Under the pieces are notes generated by a model. It worked only from the letters and a program-made list of their open reading frames with translations, was not told the DNA's origin and did no database searches. DNA of 64,000 nt from Eledone cirrhosa. Taxonomy: Eukaryota. The DNA is taken from the NCBI GenBank assembly GCA_964016885.1, contig OZ024743.1, positions 261,826,001 through 261,890,000 on the forward strand, read 5' to 3'. Shown here piece by piece: positions 38,620 through 51,381 of the stretch (the first letter of the stretch is position 1; each line of letters starts with the position of its first letter). The translations under genes were made by a program, and so were the position numbers.

Positions 38620-39160
38620 GTGGGAGGTCAATTTTATTGTTAAACACTCACTGAAAATAACAATACTTAACTACTTAAATACTACTTTTGGTCAAGGCAG
38701 AACACTGTTTTTTGTTTGTTTGTTTCTTTTATTGATTAAGTCATTGTGACTCATTCAGATAGACTCTTTTGACCCTGGAGCTATTGTAGAGGAGAAAGAA
38801 TACTAAACAGAAACAGCCCCCCCCCCCACCTCTCTCTCTATATATATGTATATATATATATATGTATATATATGTATATATATATGTGTATATATATATA
38901 TGTATATGTATATGTATATATGTATATATATATATATATGTATATATGTATATATATATATATATGTATATATATATGTATATATATATATGTGTAGATA
39001 TATAAGCAAGATGTATGGTAGGTCGTATGTGAATCGCGATGATCACGTCTGACCTACCAAATATGCGACGGTAGCTAGTTAAGCTCTATGCGTCTAAGCA
39101 GAGCAGAAATATTAATGAAAAAGAACAAAGGAACTATTATTACATTATAACAAGTTTATT

Positions 39161-39205
39161 GCCGACAGCCGTTTCGTCCGACCATATGGTGAGACTTTTC
39201 AAGGC
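39161..39205 (-). ncRNA. Type I hammerhead-like motif with a variant core, in a probable Penelope remnant (~39005-39480)
   Basis: Minus strand gcc-TTGAAAA-gtct.acc(atat)ggt.ggac-GAAA-cggctg-TC-ggc, followed immediately by AATAAA. Confidence 0.6.
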
Positions 39206-39520
39206 ATATAACAGGTGATTGTAAGTTCATTATTTACATCAACGTATCACTTAAGACTAGCAGTTTGAAATTGTGGTATACATCAGCAGCTCCGCTTGTA
39301 TATTTGGGGTCTATATTCTAAGGGGGCTCTTTTATATTAGTTGTCGGAATTGTAAAAGGGATGGGTTATGGGGAGTTAAGAGAATTTGAAAATGGCCTAA
39401 GAGTCAGGGATTGAAGGTTAAAAATTAGATAATTTATAATTTACGCATTAAAAGTAAAAGACTTGGGATCTCGTAGAAGCACTTTAAAAAATATATATGT
39501 ATATATATATGTATATATAA

Positions 39521-42185
<2,665 letters not shown>

Positions 42186-42186
<1 letters not shown>

Positions 42187-42794
42187 TCAGGTCACCAGTT
42201 GGTGCTACTGGTAACATGTATTCCAGTACAACCTGTCCAATGGTCGGGTCGTTGGCGACTAAACTGGCAACCCCACCAAGGTTTCTTGGTGAGGAGGGTG
42301 ACTTTGGACATCCTGCAGGACTAAAAACAAAACCTGTCAAAGGGCAAAGGAGCTCTTAAGAGTCAATGGCCATCCAAAATCACCGGGAGAGATGACCCCT
42401 TAGCCTTTGTCAAGGCAGAATTCTAGGAGAAGGAAAACTCTGATAAAACAACTGCAACCCTGATGGTATCCCATGATGTTGACTTGTTCTTCTTTTTGGT
42501 AAATATCATCTTGGTTAAGAGAGTGGGACTGGCTTTGTGCAGTGCCTTTGCTCACTATAAAAGCTTCACAGCACAGGCATTGCTTTATATCTGGAGATCT
42601 TTCTGCACTTGTCGTCACATGGTACCATGGGCCCAGCACTATGTGTCAATAATTGTCACAAGTGTAGTGTTTGTACCAGAGCTTTCAAGTTGCTGGCTGG
42701 ACTAAAAAGTCACACTCGTTCAGCGCATCGGTAGGGGTTCTCCTACATGGATATAAAGTAGTGGCCGTACTCGAAAACGAGTTGGCAGCCACCA
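42186..42794 (+). mobile_element. Internally deleted (bipartite) RTE derivative ending in a C2H2 finger
   Basis: 5' part with GAAGGAAAACTCTGA, 3' part encoding CSVCTRAFKLLAGLKSHTRSAH* plus a short UTR; TA flanks. Confidence 0.6.
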
Positions 42795-42867
42795 TATATA
42801 TATATATATATGTATATATAGTAATAATAAATGTGAAGACTAAAATCTGAAGAGGGCTTGATAAGGA

Positions 42868-42905
<38 letters not shown>

Positions 42906-42910
<5 letters not shown>

Positions 42911-43310
42911 CATCATCGTTTTACGTCCGTTCTTCCACGCTAGCATGGGTTAGACGAGTTGTCCTGTTGTGAGCAGTGTCCAGTTGACTGACCTTGTCTT
43001 GCTTATACAGAAACTGATTCTGGCTTGATTTCTACAGCTGGATGCCCTTTCTAACACCAACCTCATTTACAGTGAGTGATGGCTGCTTTTTGTCCGTGGC
43101 GCCTACACATCCACTTTACAATGTGGGCTGGGGGCTTTTTTTGCCATGGCACCTCCACGACCACTTTGCAGTGGAATGATAGGGACCCCAGTCCTATCAT
43201 CCCATTTCTACAGCTGAGTAAACTGGAGCAATGTGAAATAGTGTCTTGCTCAAGGAAACAACACATCACCCGGTCTGAGAATTGAATTCACAACCTTTCG
43301 ATTGCAAGCC
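42906..43310 (-). mobile_element. Short element with an RTE-type tail
   Basis: (CAT)n CGTTTTACGTCC..CCACGCTAGCATGGGTTAGACG; homologous to 14030-14275. Confidence 0.7.
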
Positions 43311-43348
43311 CACACACACGCATATAAACCCATAGAGCAAATATTTAT

Positions 43349-43463
43349 TATAAAAACACATTAACGTTTAAGCAAAGAATCGCTGCTTCCAACCTTAATG
43401 AGAAGATCTCATTAAGGGTGAAAGCAGCGATTCTTTGCTTAAATTTTAATCTGTTCTTATATA
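43349..43463. repeat. Fold-back palindrome (~55-bp arms) containing a truncated hammerhead-like motif
   Basis: TTAAGCAAAGAATCGCTGCTT..TAATGAGA / TCTCATTA..AAGCAGCGATTCTTTGCTTAA. Confidence 0.85.
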
Positions 43464-43474
43464 TATATATATAT

Positions 43475-46400
43475 TTCGTAGCAAGTCCAAATAGCCAATC
43501 TATCGCTAAAACAAACTACATTTTCTGTTTCTATTAAGTGCTAAATACGTTTAGGTTTTTGGACGTATTTAACAGAACAAATTTTGTATTTTTGTTAATC
43601 GCTTGTTACATGCATGGACCCCTATCAATCATTACCTTCTTGCTAGCTACCCCACACACCCCCACACACCACCATTGCTATTACGTGGACCAATCATAAA
43701 ACAGAGCCCCCACGCATCACCAGTATTACTACGCGGACCAATCAGAAACCAGAGGCCTATACTATCGCTTGCCTGGTTGCCTTTCGATATACGATATATG
43801 ATGGATGGATGGACTGCGGAATCCTGGAGAGTGGAGGTGAGAGAGAAAAATCTGGACGCTCAGCGACAATGCCAAAGATAAAGACAAATTCACCCCTTGG
43901 ACGAGAATGCGAGCACTCCTCATTGTTTCGACCGCGGACGGCTAACATAACCCCATCGCCCCCCGCCCCTCACCGCCCCCAACCCCCAAACGCAATCCAA
44001 AACTTCAGAGTTGGTACCATAAATGTAGGCACCCTAAAGGGTCGCGCTAACGAGGTTGTAGAAATGCTTGAACGTAAGGAGGTCGATGCTTGTTGTATTC
44101 AAGAGACCAGGTGGAGGGGTGGGTCTGCTAGGTTCATTGAGGGTAAAAAACGTTGTTATAAGCTTTTCTGGGTGGGAAACGACGATGGGCTGGGTGGAGT
44201 AGGAATCATGGTAGCAGAAAAGTGGGCAGATAAGATAATAGACGTAAATAGAGTGAACGACAGAATAATTAAAATACGACTTGTCCTCAATAGAACTACG
44301 GTGACAGTAATATCTGCGTACGCACCCCAATCCGGACTGCCCGGCACTATAAAAGACAGATTCTATGAGACACTGATGCTAACTACCTCCCAAATATCCG
44401 ACAGTGACTATATAATTATCGCAGGCGACCTAAATGGTCACGTTGGACAACATTGTGACGGCTACGACGAAATCCATGGAGGCTATGGGTTTGGTACTAG
44501 AAATGAGGAAGGCTCCAGAATCCTGGAATTCTGTGATGCAAATAACCTAACTATCTGTAACACTAACTTCAAAAAACGTGACAATCACCTGATCACCTAT
44601 AGATCCGGGGAACACACAAGCCAGGTAGATTATATCCTTACCAGAAGACGTGACAGAGTGTCTGTTGTTAACACTAAATCCCTCCCCCATGAAGAATGCA
44701 CCTCCCAACATAGACTGATAATTAGCGACCTCATAGTCAGGACGAGACGTACTCGACAACAGAAGAGGACTATCCTCAGGAGGAAAATATGGAAGCTAAA
44801 GGACCCCACAGCCAGGAATAAATTTCAAAGCATATTACTTGATGCTTTCGACAGTAAGGAAGAACATTTAGAGTCGGACAATATAGAGGGAGAGTGGGAA
44901 TTTCTGAAAGCAAACCTGCTGTTGGCGACAGACGAGGTCTGTGGCTGGAGCAGGCCTGTAGGCAGGAGGAGAGTAACATGGTGGTGGAACAGTAAGGTGG
45001 AGGGGTCAATTAAGGCCAAAAAGCAGGCTTGGAAAGTATGGCGGGATGGGGGAAGTAGAGAGGACTATCAAGTGGCCAGGAGGGAAGCTAGGAGACAAGT
45101 GTACTTAGCAAGAAGGGAAGCTGAGGAAAGAAAGTTCAAGCATGTTCTACAACGCGATGACCAAAAACGTGAGGTGTTCAGGATTGCTAGGCAATGCGTC
45201 AAGGAAAACCGTGATATTGTCGGGGAGAAGTGTGTACTAAACGACGATGGCACACTTGCCATCACCGACGCTGATAAGAAGGTAGCTTGGAAGTGTCACT
45301 ATGAAAGGCTTCTAAATGAGGAGAATAATTGGGAGAAAGGCAGTCTCCCCCATATCGACCCAATAGAGGGACCAGCAGTGTTAGTCGAGGGGAGTATAAT
45401 AAGTAAGACAATCAAGGATATGAAGACTGGTAAGGCGGCTGGGCCTTCGGAAATAGTTGCTGAGATGCTGAAGGCATCTGGCACGGTGGGACACACCATG
45501 GTCACCCGCATAGTTAACCAAGTCGTACAGAACGGGGTTGTTCCGAAGGACTGGCATAGCAGCATCATCGTTAACTGTTATAAGGGTAAAGGAGACGCCC
45601 TAGATAGGAGTAACTATAGAGGCATTAAATTAATCGACCAGGTCATGAAGGTCACGGAAAGAGTAATAGCGCAACTAATCAGAGAGAGAATTGACCTAGA
45701 TGAAATGCAGTTCGGGTTTGTGTCAGGCAAAAGTACCACAGACGCTCTTTTCATAGTACGACAACTACAGGAGAAGTACCTAGCTAAAGGTAAACCCCTC
45801 TACTTAGCTTTTGTCGACTTGGAGAAAGCCTTCGACAGAGTCCCCCGCTCCATTATCTGGGGGGCTCTTAGAAAACTAGGCGTTGACGAATGGCTTGTGA
45901 GGGCTATACAAGCCATGTATAAAGAAACAGTCAGCAAGGTTAGAATTAACAACGAATATAGTGAAGAGTTTAGCGTAAAAGTCGGCGTCCATCAGGGCTC
46001 TGTTCTCAGTCCACTACTATTTATTATTGCCCTTCAGGCTATAACAGAGGAGTTCAAGACAGGCTGCCCATGGGAACTCCTATACGCAGACGACCTGACA
46101 CTCATAGCGGAATCAATGGCCGAGCTAGAGAAGAAATTCCAAACATGGAAGCACGGCCTAGAGTCAAAAGGACTTAAAATTAACCTGGCTAAGACCAAAG
46201 TACTAGTTTGTAGGAAAGAAAACAAGGCGGCGGTCCCTTCGGGGAAATGGTCGTGCTCGGTGTGTAGGAAAGGCGTAGGTAGAAACTCCATTTTATGTCC
46301 TAAATGCAAAGTATGGGTGCATAAAAGATGTAGTGGGATCACAGGTAAGCTAACTAAGAACATAGATTTTACATGTGGCCGGTGCTCTGGTGCAATAAGT

Positions 46401-47442
46401 AGCAGCAAGTGCCCACAAACTACTAGCTCTTTCAATTGCGCAGAGGGTTCTATAGAAATAGTGGACAGCTTCCGTTACCTGGGCGATAAAATCAGCAGTG
46501 GGGGAGGGTGCTCTGAAAGTACTGTAGCTAGAGTCAGAACTGGTTGGAAAAAGTTCAGAGAGCTTATACCACTATTAGCTGCTAAAGGGTTCTCACTAAA
46601 AATGAAAGGCAGGTTGTACGATGCCTGCATACGAACAGCAATGCTGCATGGCAGTGAGACCTGGGCATTGTGTGCAGAGGATATACGCAGACTAGAGAGG
46701 AACGAAGCTTGCATGCTCCGCTGGATGTGTAACAGTAATATACGTGAACGGCAAAGCATAAACGAACTAAGGAAAAAATTAGAGATAAGAGGGATCAGAT
46801 GTTGTTTACTCGAGAGAAGGCTACGTTGGTATGGACACGTGATGCGCATGAAAGTCGATAGCTGTATAACAAAGTGCAGGGCAATAAAGATAGACGGTAG
46901 TCACGGAATAGGCAGACCTAGAAAAACCTGGGACGAGCTGATAAACTCCGACATCACACACTTACACCTCTCCAAGACAATGTCACTGGACCGAGACCTT
47001 TGGCGGTACTCAGTAACAGAGAAGACCCGCCTTACCTAAATATATAGTAAAACCTACTCCAGCCAGTAGGCATCTCTAACAAAATACACCCCGTCCCACC
47101 ACCCCCACCCCCACCCGATCCACACCACCCCGTTCTATGTAAAGTTATGTTGGTGCCGCGCCATCGAGGCCGAAACAAATGAGATCGTGTAGGTGTCACG
47201 ACAAAAAAAACACACAGTCCACGCTGTAATGTGGCCGTGTAGGCAACACGGTAAAAACCTCCCAGACCCACACTGTAAATGTGGTTGGTGTTAGGAAGGG
47301 CATCCAACTGTAGAAAACCTGCCAGACAGTCCTATGCGAGCAAGACAATCACTCTTGCCTCAAGTGGGACTACCCCCGTCCAAACCCATGCAAGCGTGGA
47401 ACACGGACGTTAAACGTTGATGATGATGATGATGATGATGAT
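43475..47442 (+). mobile_element. Full-length, apparently intact RTE LINE
   Basis: ~400-nt 5' UTR, single uninterrupted ORF, ~400-nt 3' UTR, (GAT)n tail, (TA)n on both flanks. Confidence 0.95.
43869..47039 (+). CDS. RTE ORF: APE-like endonuclease, reverse transcriptase and C4HC3 finger (1056 aa; in-frame upstream ATG at 43809)
   Basis: NVGTL, IQETRW, SAYAPQ, GDLNGH, QVDYIL; DLEKAFD, HQGSVLSP, YADD, FRYLG; start chosen by match to MSQIKINSP in the copy at ~60042. Confidence 0.95.
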   Translation: MPKIKTNSPLGRECEHSSLFRPRTANITPSPPAPHRPQPPNAIQNFRVGTINVGTLKGRANEVVEMLERKEVDACCIQETRWRGGSARFIEGKKRCYKLFWVGNDDGLGGVGIMVAEKWADKIIDVNRVNDRIIKIRLVLNRTTVTVISAYAPQSGLPGTIKDRFYETLMLTTSQISDSDYIIIAGDLNGHVGQHCDGYDEIHGGYGFGTRNEEGSRILEFCDANNLTICNTNFKKRDNHLITYRSGEHTSQVDYILTRRRDRVSVVNTKSLPHEECTSQHRLIISDLIVRTRRTRQQKRTILRRKIWKLKDPTARNKFQSILLDAFDSKEEHLESDNIEGEWEFLKANLLLATDEVCGWSRPVGRRRVTWWWNSKVEGSIKAKKQAWKVWRDGGSREDYQVARREARRQVYLARREAEERKFKHVLQRDDQKREVFRIARQCVKENRDIVGEKCVLNDDGTLAITDADKKVAWKCHYERLLNEENNWEKGSLPHIDPIEGPAVLVEGSIISKTIKDMKTGKAAGPSEIVAEMLKASGTVGHTMVTRIVNQVVQNGVVPKDWHSSIIVNCYKGKGDALDRSNYRGIKLIDQVMKVTERVIAQLIRERIDLDEMQFGFVSGKSTTDALFIVRQLQEKYLAKGKPLYLAFVDLEKAFDRVPRSIIWGALRKLGVDEWLVRAIQAMYKETVSKVRINNEYSEEFSVKVGVHQGSVLSPLLFIIALQAITEEFKTGCPWELLYADDLTLIAESMAELEKKFQTWKHGLESKGLKINLAKTKVLVCRKENKAAVPSGKWSCSVCRKGVGRNSILCPKCKVWVHKRCSGITGKLTKNIDFTCGRCSGAISSSKCPQTTSSFNCAEGSIEIVDSFRYLGDKISSGGGCSESTVARVRTGWKKFRELIPLLAAKGFSLKMKGRLYDACIRTAMLHGSETWALCAEDIRRLERNEACMLRWMCNSNIRERQSINELRKKLEIRGIRCCLLERRLRWYGHVMRMKVDSCITKCRAIKIDGSHGIGRPRKTWDELINSDITHLHLSKTMSLDRDLWRYSVTEKTRLT

Positions 47443-47520
47443 ATATATATATATATTATATGTATGTAAAAGGTAAACAGAAATAACAACACAATCGGTA
47501 CAGTATATGGAAGGGATATA

Positions 47521-48670
47521 CAGGGTGCGGACGATATTTGTTCGCAAGATTACTGTCTAGGAAAAAATAACACAGTAGTTTCATTTTTTAAGATATATTT
47601 ATCAAAATTGGGTCAGTTTGTCTTCATCACTTGTTCTTTCGATCTCACTCGATAAACCCGCCATTGGCTTTGATGACGGCCTCAAGGTGGCCTCAGAACC
47701 GGCTACAGGCCTTCGCCACTGTCCCCCGACTTAGGCCCCTAAAGGCACTTGTGATCCTGGCCTTCAGATCGTCTTTTGTATTGCAGCTAGATCTGTTGGT
47801 GTCTCGTCCACTGCGCCCCACACAAAGAAGTCGAGGGGGTTTACTACCTCGCTTTACTACCTCGCTCAGAACGCAGATGTAGCCATCGGTGTTCAGCTTG
47901 AGGCCCTCACGGAAGAAGTGAGGTGGCATGACGTCACCTTGACTGCTGACGACACCTAAGACCAATGTTGTCACTGGAAACTTTGTCTGCATGACTCTGG
48001 GCACGTCTTTGGATGAGACAGCGAGCTACCTGTTGTTCTAGGAGTTGATCTTCTGGTCTTGGTAGAAGTTTTTCTCATCGGAGAAAAACCACAGCATGTC
48101 TGGCTCCAGTGGGTGTTTCAACTTGTTGATCAGCTTTTTTGCGTGCTTCAGTCGCTTTTTTTGCATCGCCTTTGACAGAAATTGTCCTTTCCTCATCTTG
48201 TATGAAACGTAGCGAATGTCTTCATGTACCACCAACCTAATGAGTTTTTCATCCACTTGCCTCTCTCCCTTGCAATGGCATGCATCAACTTGCTAGGTTC
48301 ATTGTTGATGATATCCTGAACTTCAGCGACGAACTCGGGCGTTCTGAAGGCGTCAGATCGTCGATCATATGTTTTCCTCTCTGATGTTGCTTCGTAGTCG
48401 AACCCTGAATCTTCTAATTCCTTTCTGACCTTTTCCACCATTCTCCTGCTGACGCTGAGAAAGTCTGAAATTTCCTTATTTGTCCTTCCGGGGCGGATTC
48501 CAAGAAGAACTCCGTGTCTCTTCCACAAATTTGGAGGTTCAAAATTATTCATAATCAATTATTCTGAAAATAAATAATGTAAATATATTCACTGTTTTTA
48601 TGAAGACAAGAGTGACAACGGAAGTAAAAAAAATTTGCATAAAATTATCAGTTGAAAATTGTGAATATAT
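47521..48670 (-). mobile_element. Decayed Tc1/mariner transposon
   Basis: TA|CAGGGTGCGGAC terminus; HTH-like N-terminus, WFFSDEKNF, VLGVVSSQGDVMPPHFF; frameshifts and a deletion in the catalytic region; other TIR degraded. Confidence 0.85.
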
Positions 48671-49569
48671 ATATCCCTTCCTTTCTCTTTATATAAAAAA
48701 TATGTATATAGCTAGCTTGCTATTTCTGAATTTCCACTAGTGCCACCCTTATGCAGTAATGTTTATGGAGTACAAAAATAGGTTGGTAGAACTGGTTAGC
48801 ACACCAGATTAAAATTCCTTACTGTATTTAGTTCTGTGTACTGAGTTCCACATTTGCTAGGGTCTGTTTTGCCTTTTGTCTTCCTACAAGTCTTCTTTTT
48901 CTTCTTCTTCACCCACTTATTCCTGAGAGGGTCGTGAGATAAGAGTCCTTAAATACTTCTTTCAGCAGATCCTGTCAGAAGCAACCATTTCCATCTGATC
49001 CGGCTGGATCCCCAGGCGAGTACAGCTGAGCTCATGATGCAATAAGCTCTTGACGTTCTCTACCACATGAAGCCATATTAGCAAAACATTCTTGAAAAGT
49101 ACAAAACCACACTGTGACTGCATCATATTAAAAATCAAAGTCTTTACATTAGTTTACTGCAAATCTTCACAATCTGTTCACGAGTAAAGTCACTCTAAAC
49201 ATTTGAATCAACAAACCTGTTTTACAATATTTTCTTCTAAATCATTACATAATGTGAAGAGTTAATATGTTATCATATGAAACTCTCCTATGGTATAAGT
49301 TAGATTACCACAAAGAAGAAAGGAAATGTAATATTTTGGGCAGGGCCATTGGTTAACTTGAACAGTTTAGAGATTATCACTGATAATATAGTGCATATTT
49401 GACAAAGTCTTCCAAAAGTTTTATAATCCTTGACACAATTTACCTACTTTTAAATAAATAGTTAACCACCACCACTATTATTTATTAGGTTGCAGTGCTT
49501 GGTTCAGTTTCTGTGAGCAAAATATGTCATGAAAATGTGTGTCTGATGATTCCTCTTGGATTTATCACA

Positions 49570-49820
49570 ATAATTGATCTGTCAATTGTTAAAACTATCA
49601 TCAAATTGCGCCTGTGATGACAACTGCATAGTTAATTGTTAAAGCTGCCAGTAAATTGAGCCTGTAATGACAACTGATTGGTTAATTGTTAAAGCCACTG
49701 TCAAGTTGGTTATGATGACAACAGTTGATCTTTCAGTTATTGAAGCTATGATCAAGTTGAGCCTGTGATGACAATAGCTGATTAATCAATTGTTGTAACT
49801 AAGATCAAGTTGAGTTTGTG
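49570..49820. repeat. Degenerate ~55-bp tandem repeat
   Basis: AATTGTTAAA..TCAA(A/G)TTG.GCCTGTGATGACAA recurs about five times. Confidence 0.6.
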
Positions 49821-50370
49821 CTGCAATTTTTAACTCTATCACCATTTCATCTTCACTTATAAAAAAAAAAAATTCTTTAGAAAAGCATAAAACCTCACAT
49901 AAAATATATGGCCTTGTGCCTTAAATAAAAAATAATATTGTTGTTGTATGGCTCCAGGTCAATTCTTATCAAGCAGACTTATGACCAAAGTCTTATACCT
50001 GTGAGCATCCATCTTTTAAAAGTGAAATTTCAATATCTAATGTGTCCTCTTTTTTAAGATAGTAGAATATAATTTGAGGGAGATTTGACAGCAATTTCTT
50101 ACATGTTGTGTAGCCATTGAGGTTACCTCATTAGTTTGATCAGTTTATATGTAGCATGCCATTACATAAGAAGAGGAAATCATATCTAAGTGTTGGCTGG
50201 TATGATTTGATTGTTGTTGTTGTTTAACCCTAGGTCAACTCTGATTGAGCTGACTAATAATGAATATGTTCCAATAATAGCCTTCATGCATTTCTTTATT
50301 TAGACAGAGTATTTAGGACTATATTGTCCAGTATGTTCAGTCTTTTAAATGATACAGTGTTAGTTAGTGT

Positions 50371-50670
50371 AAGGCAGAAAATTGGCAGAGTTGTTAGAAT
50401 GTCAGATAGAATGCTTTGCAGTATTCATTCCAGTCCTCTGTTCTCTGAGTTTAAATCCCACCAAGGTCAACTTTGTCTTTCATCCTTCCATAGTCAATAA
50501 AAAGAAGTACCAGTTCAAAACTGGGGCCAATTTTTCTTCCAACTCTCTCTCTCTATCTCTCTCTATTTCTCTCCCTCTCTCTCTCTCTAAGAAGAAGAAG
50601 AAATCTGCTATGTTCAGACTTGGATAGGAGATGGGCTTCACCAGGTTTTAAAAAATGCCCAAGAAATAGA
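50371..50670 (+). mobile_element. tRNA-type SINE, long-tail subfamily
   Basis: TTGGCAGAGTTGTTAGAATGTCAGATAGAATGC..CTTTCATCC..AAGTACCAG. Confidence 0.7.
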
Positions 50671-50784
50671 ATATGTCGCCACAGGTCCCTATATATACAG
50701 TATAGAGGGAGATTTGGTTGATATTTCTAGTAAGCTGAGTTCTACTAGAAGTGTAGAGGCCCCCTTGTTCACTTCTGATTATTT

Positions 50785-51131
50785 TAATGAAGAATGTAAG
50801 TCGTTATAGTTGTTAGTAAGGTTAGATGAGAAGGCATTAAATAGACAAACTCCATTATAAGTATGTACTTCATTTATTCTTGCTTCACACTGTGAAAGTC
50901 ATTTTGCCTGTATTTCCATGTGTGAGATACGACAGGATATGGCGTGTCGAAGAATCGACGTCTTGACGATAGCAGGTTTATCTGGAGACTGATCTTCTGA
51001 CTTAACTTCCGTTCTCTGGTCTAAGTAGTCCAGTTACTTGTATCACACTTCAACCAATTTACTTCCGTAACATTTTTTCTTCCGCCGAAGGAAAATACAT
51101 TTAATTACAAAGGATATATATTACTGCTACA
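50785..51131 (-). repeat. 3' LTR
   Basis: Starts TGTAGCAG on the - strand; ~26-bp deletion relative to the 5' LTR; lacks the terminal dinucleotide. Confidence 0.93.
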
Positions 51132-51381
51132 TCAGCCCTTGCTTAGGCTGAAAGCCGACAGAGAAAAAAAGTGTAGCAGTTGCAAGAAAGAAAAAAAAAT
51201 ATAAAAGTAAATATATAATAAACAATGTCAATTCACAGCAATGTCTGCGTTTTGCTTCAGAGAAAAAGAGGAACATAAAAACTGAGCAGCAGAAATAGTC
51301 CAAAGTTCACATTAATTAATGCATTTAATATAAATACAAGAGAGGACAAGAACTCAAAAAGCTTGCTCTATATAGCATAGT

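Noticed and set aside
44034-46849. Several minus-strand ORFs over the RTE
   Set aside because: Antisense shadows of the RTE ORF; they recur in each copy only because the copies are homologous
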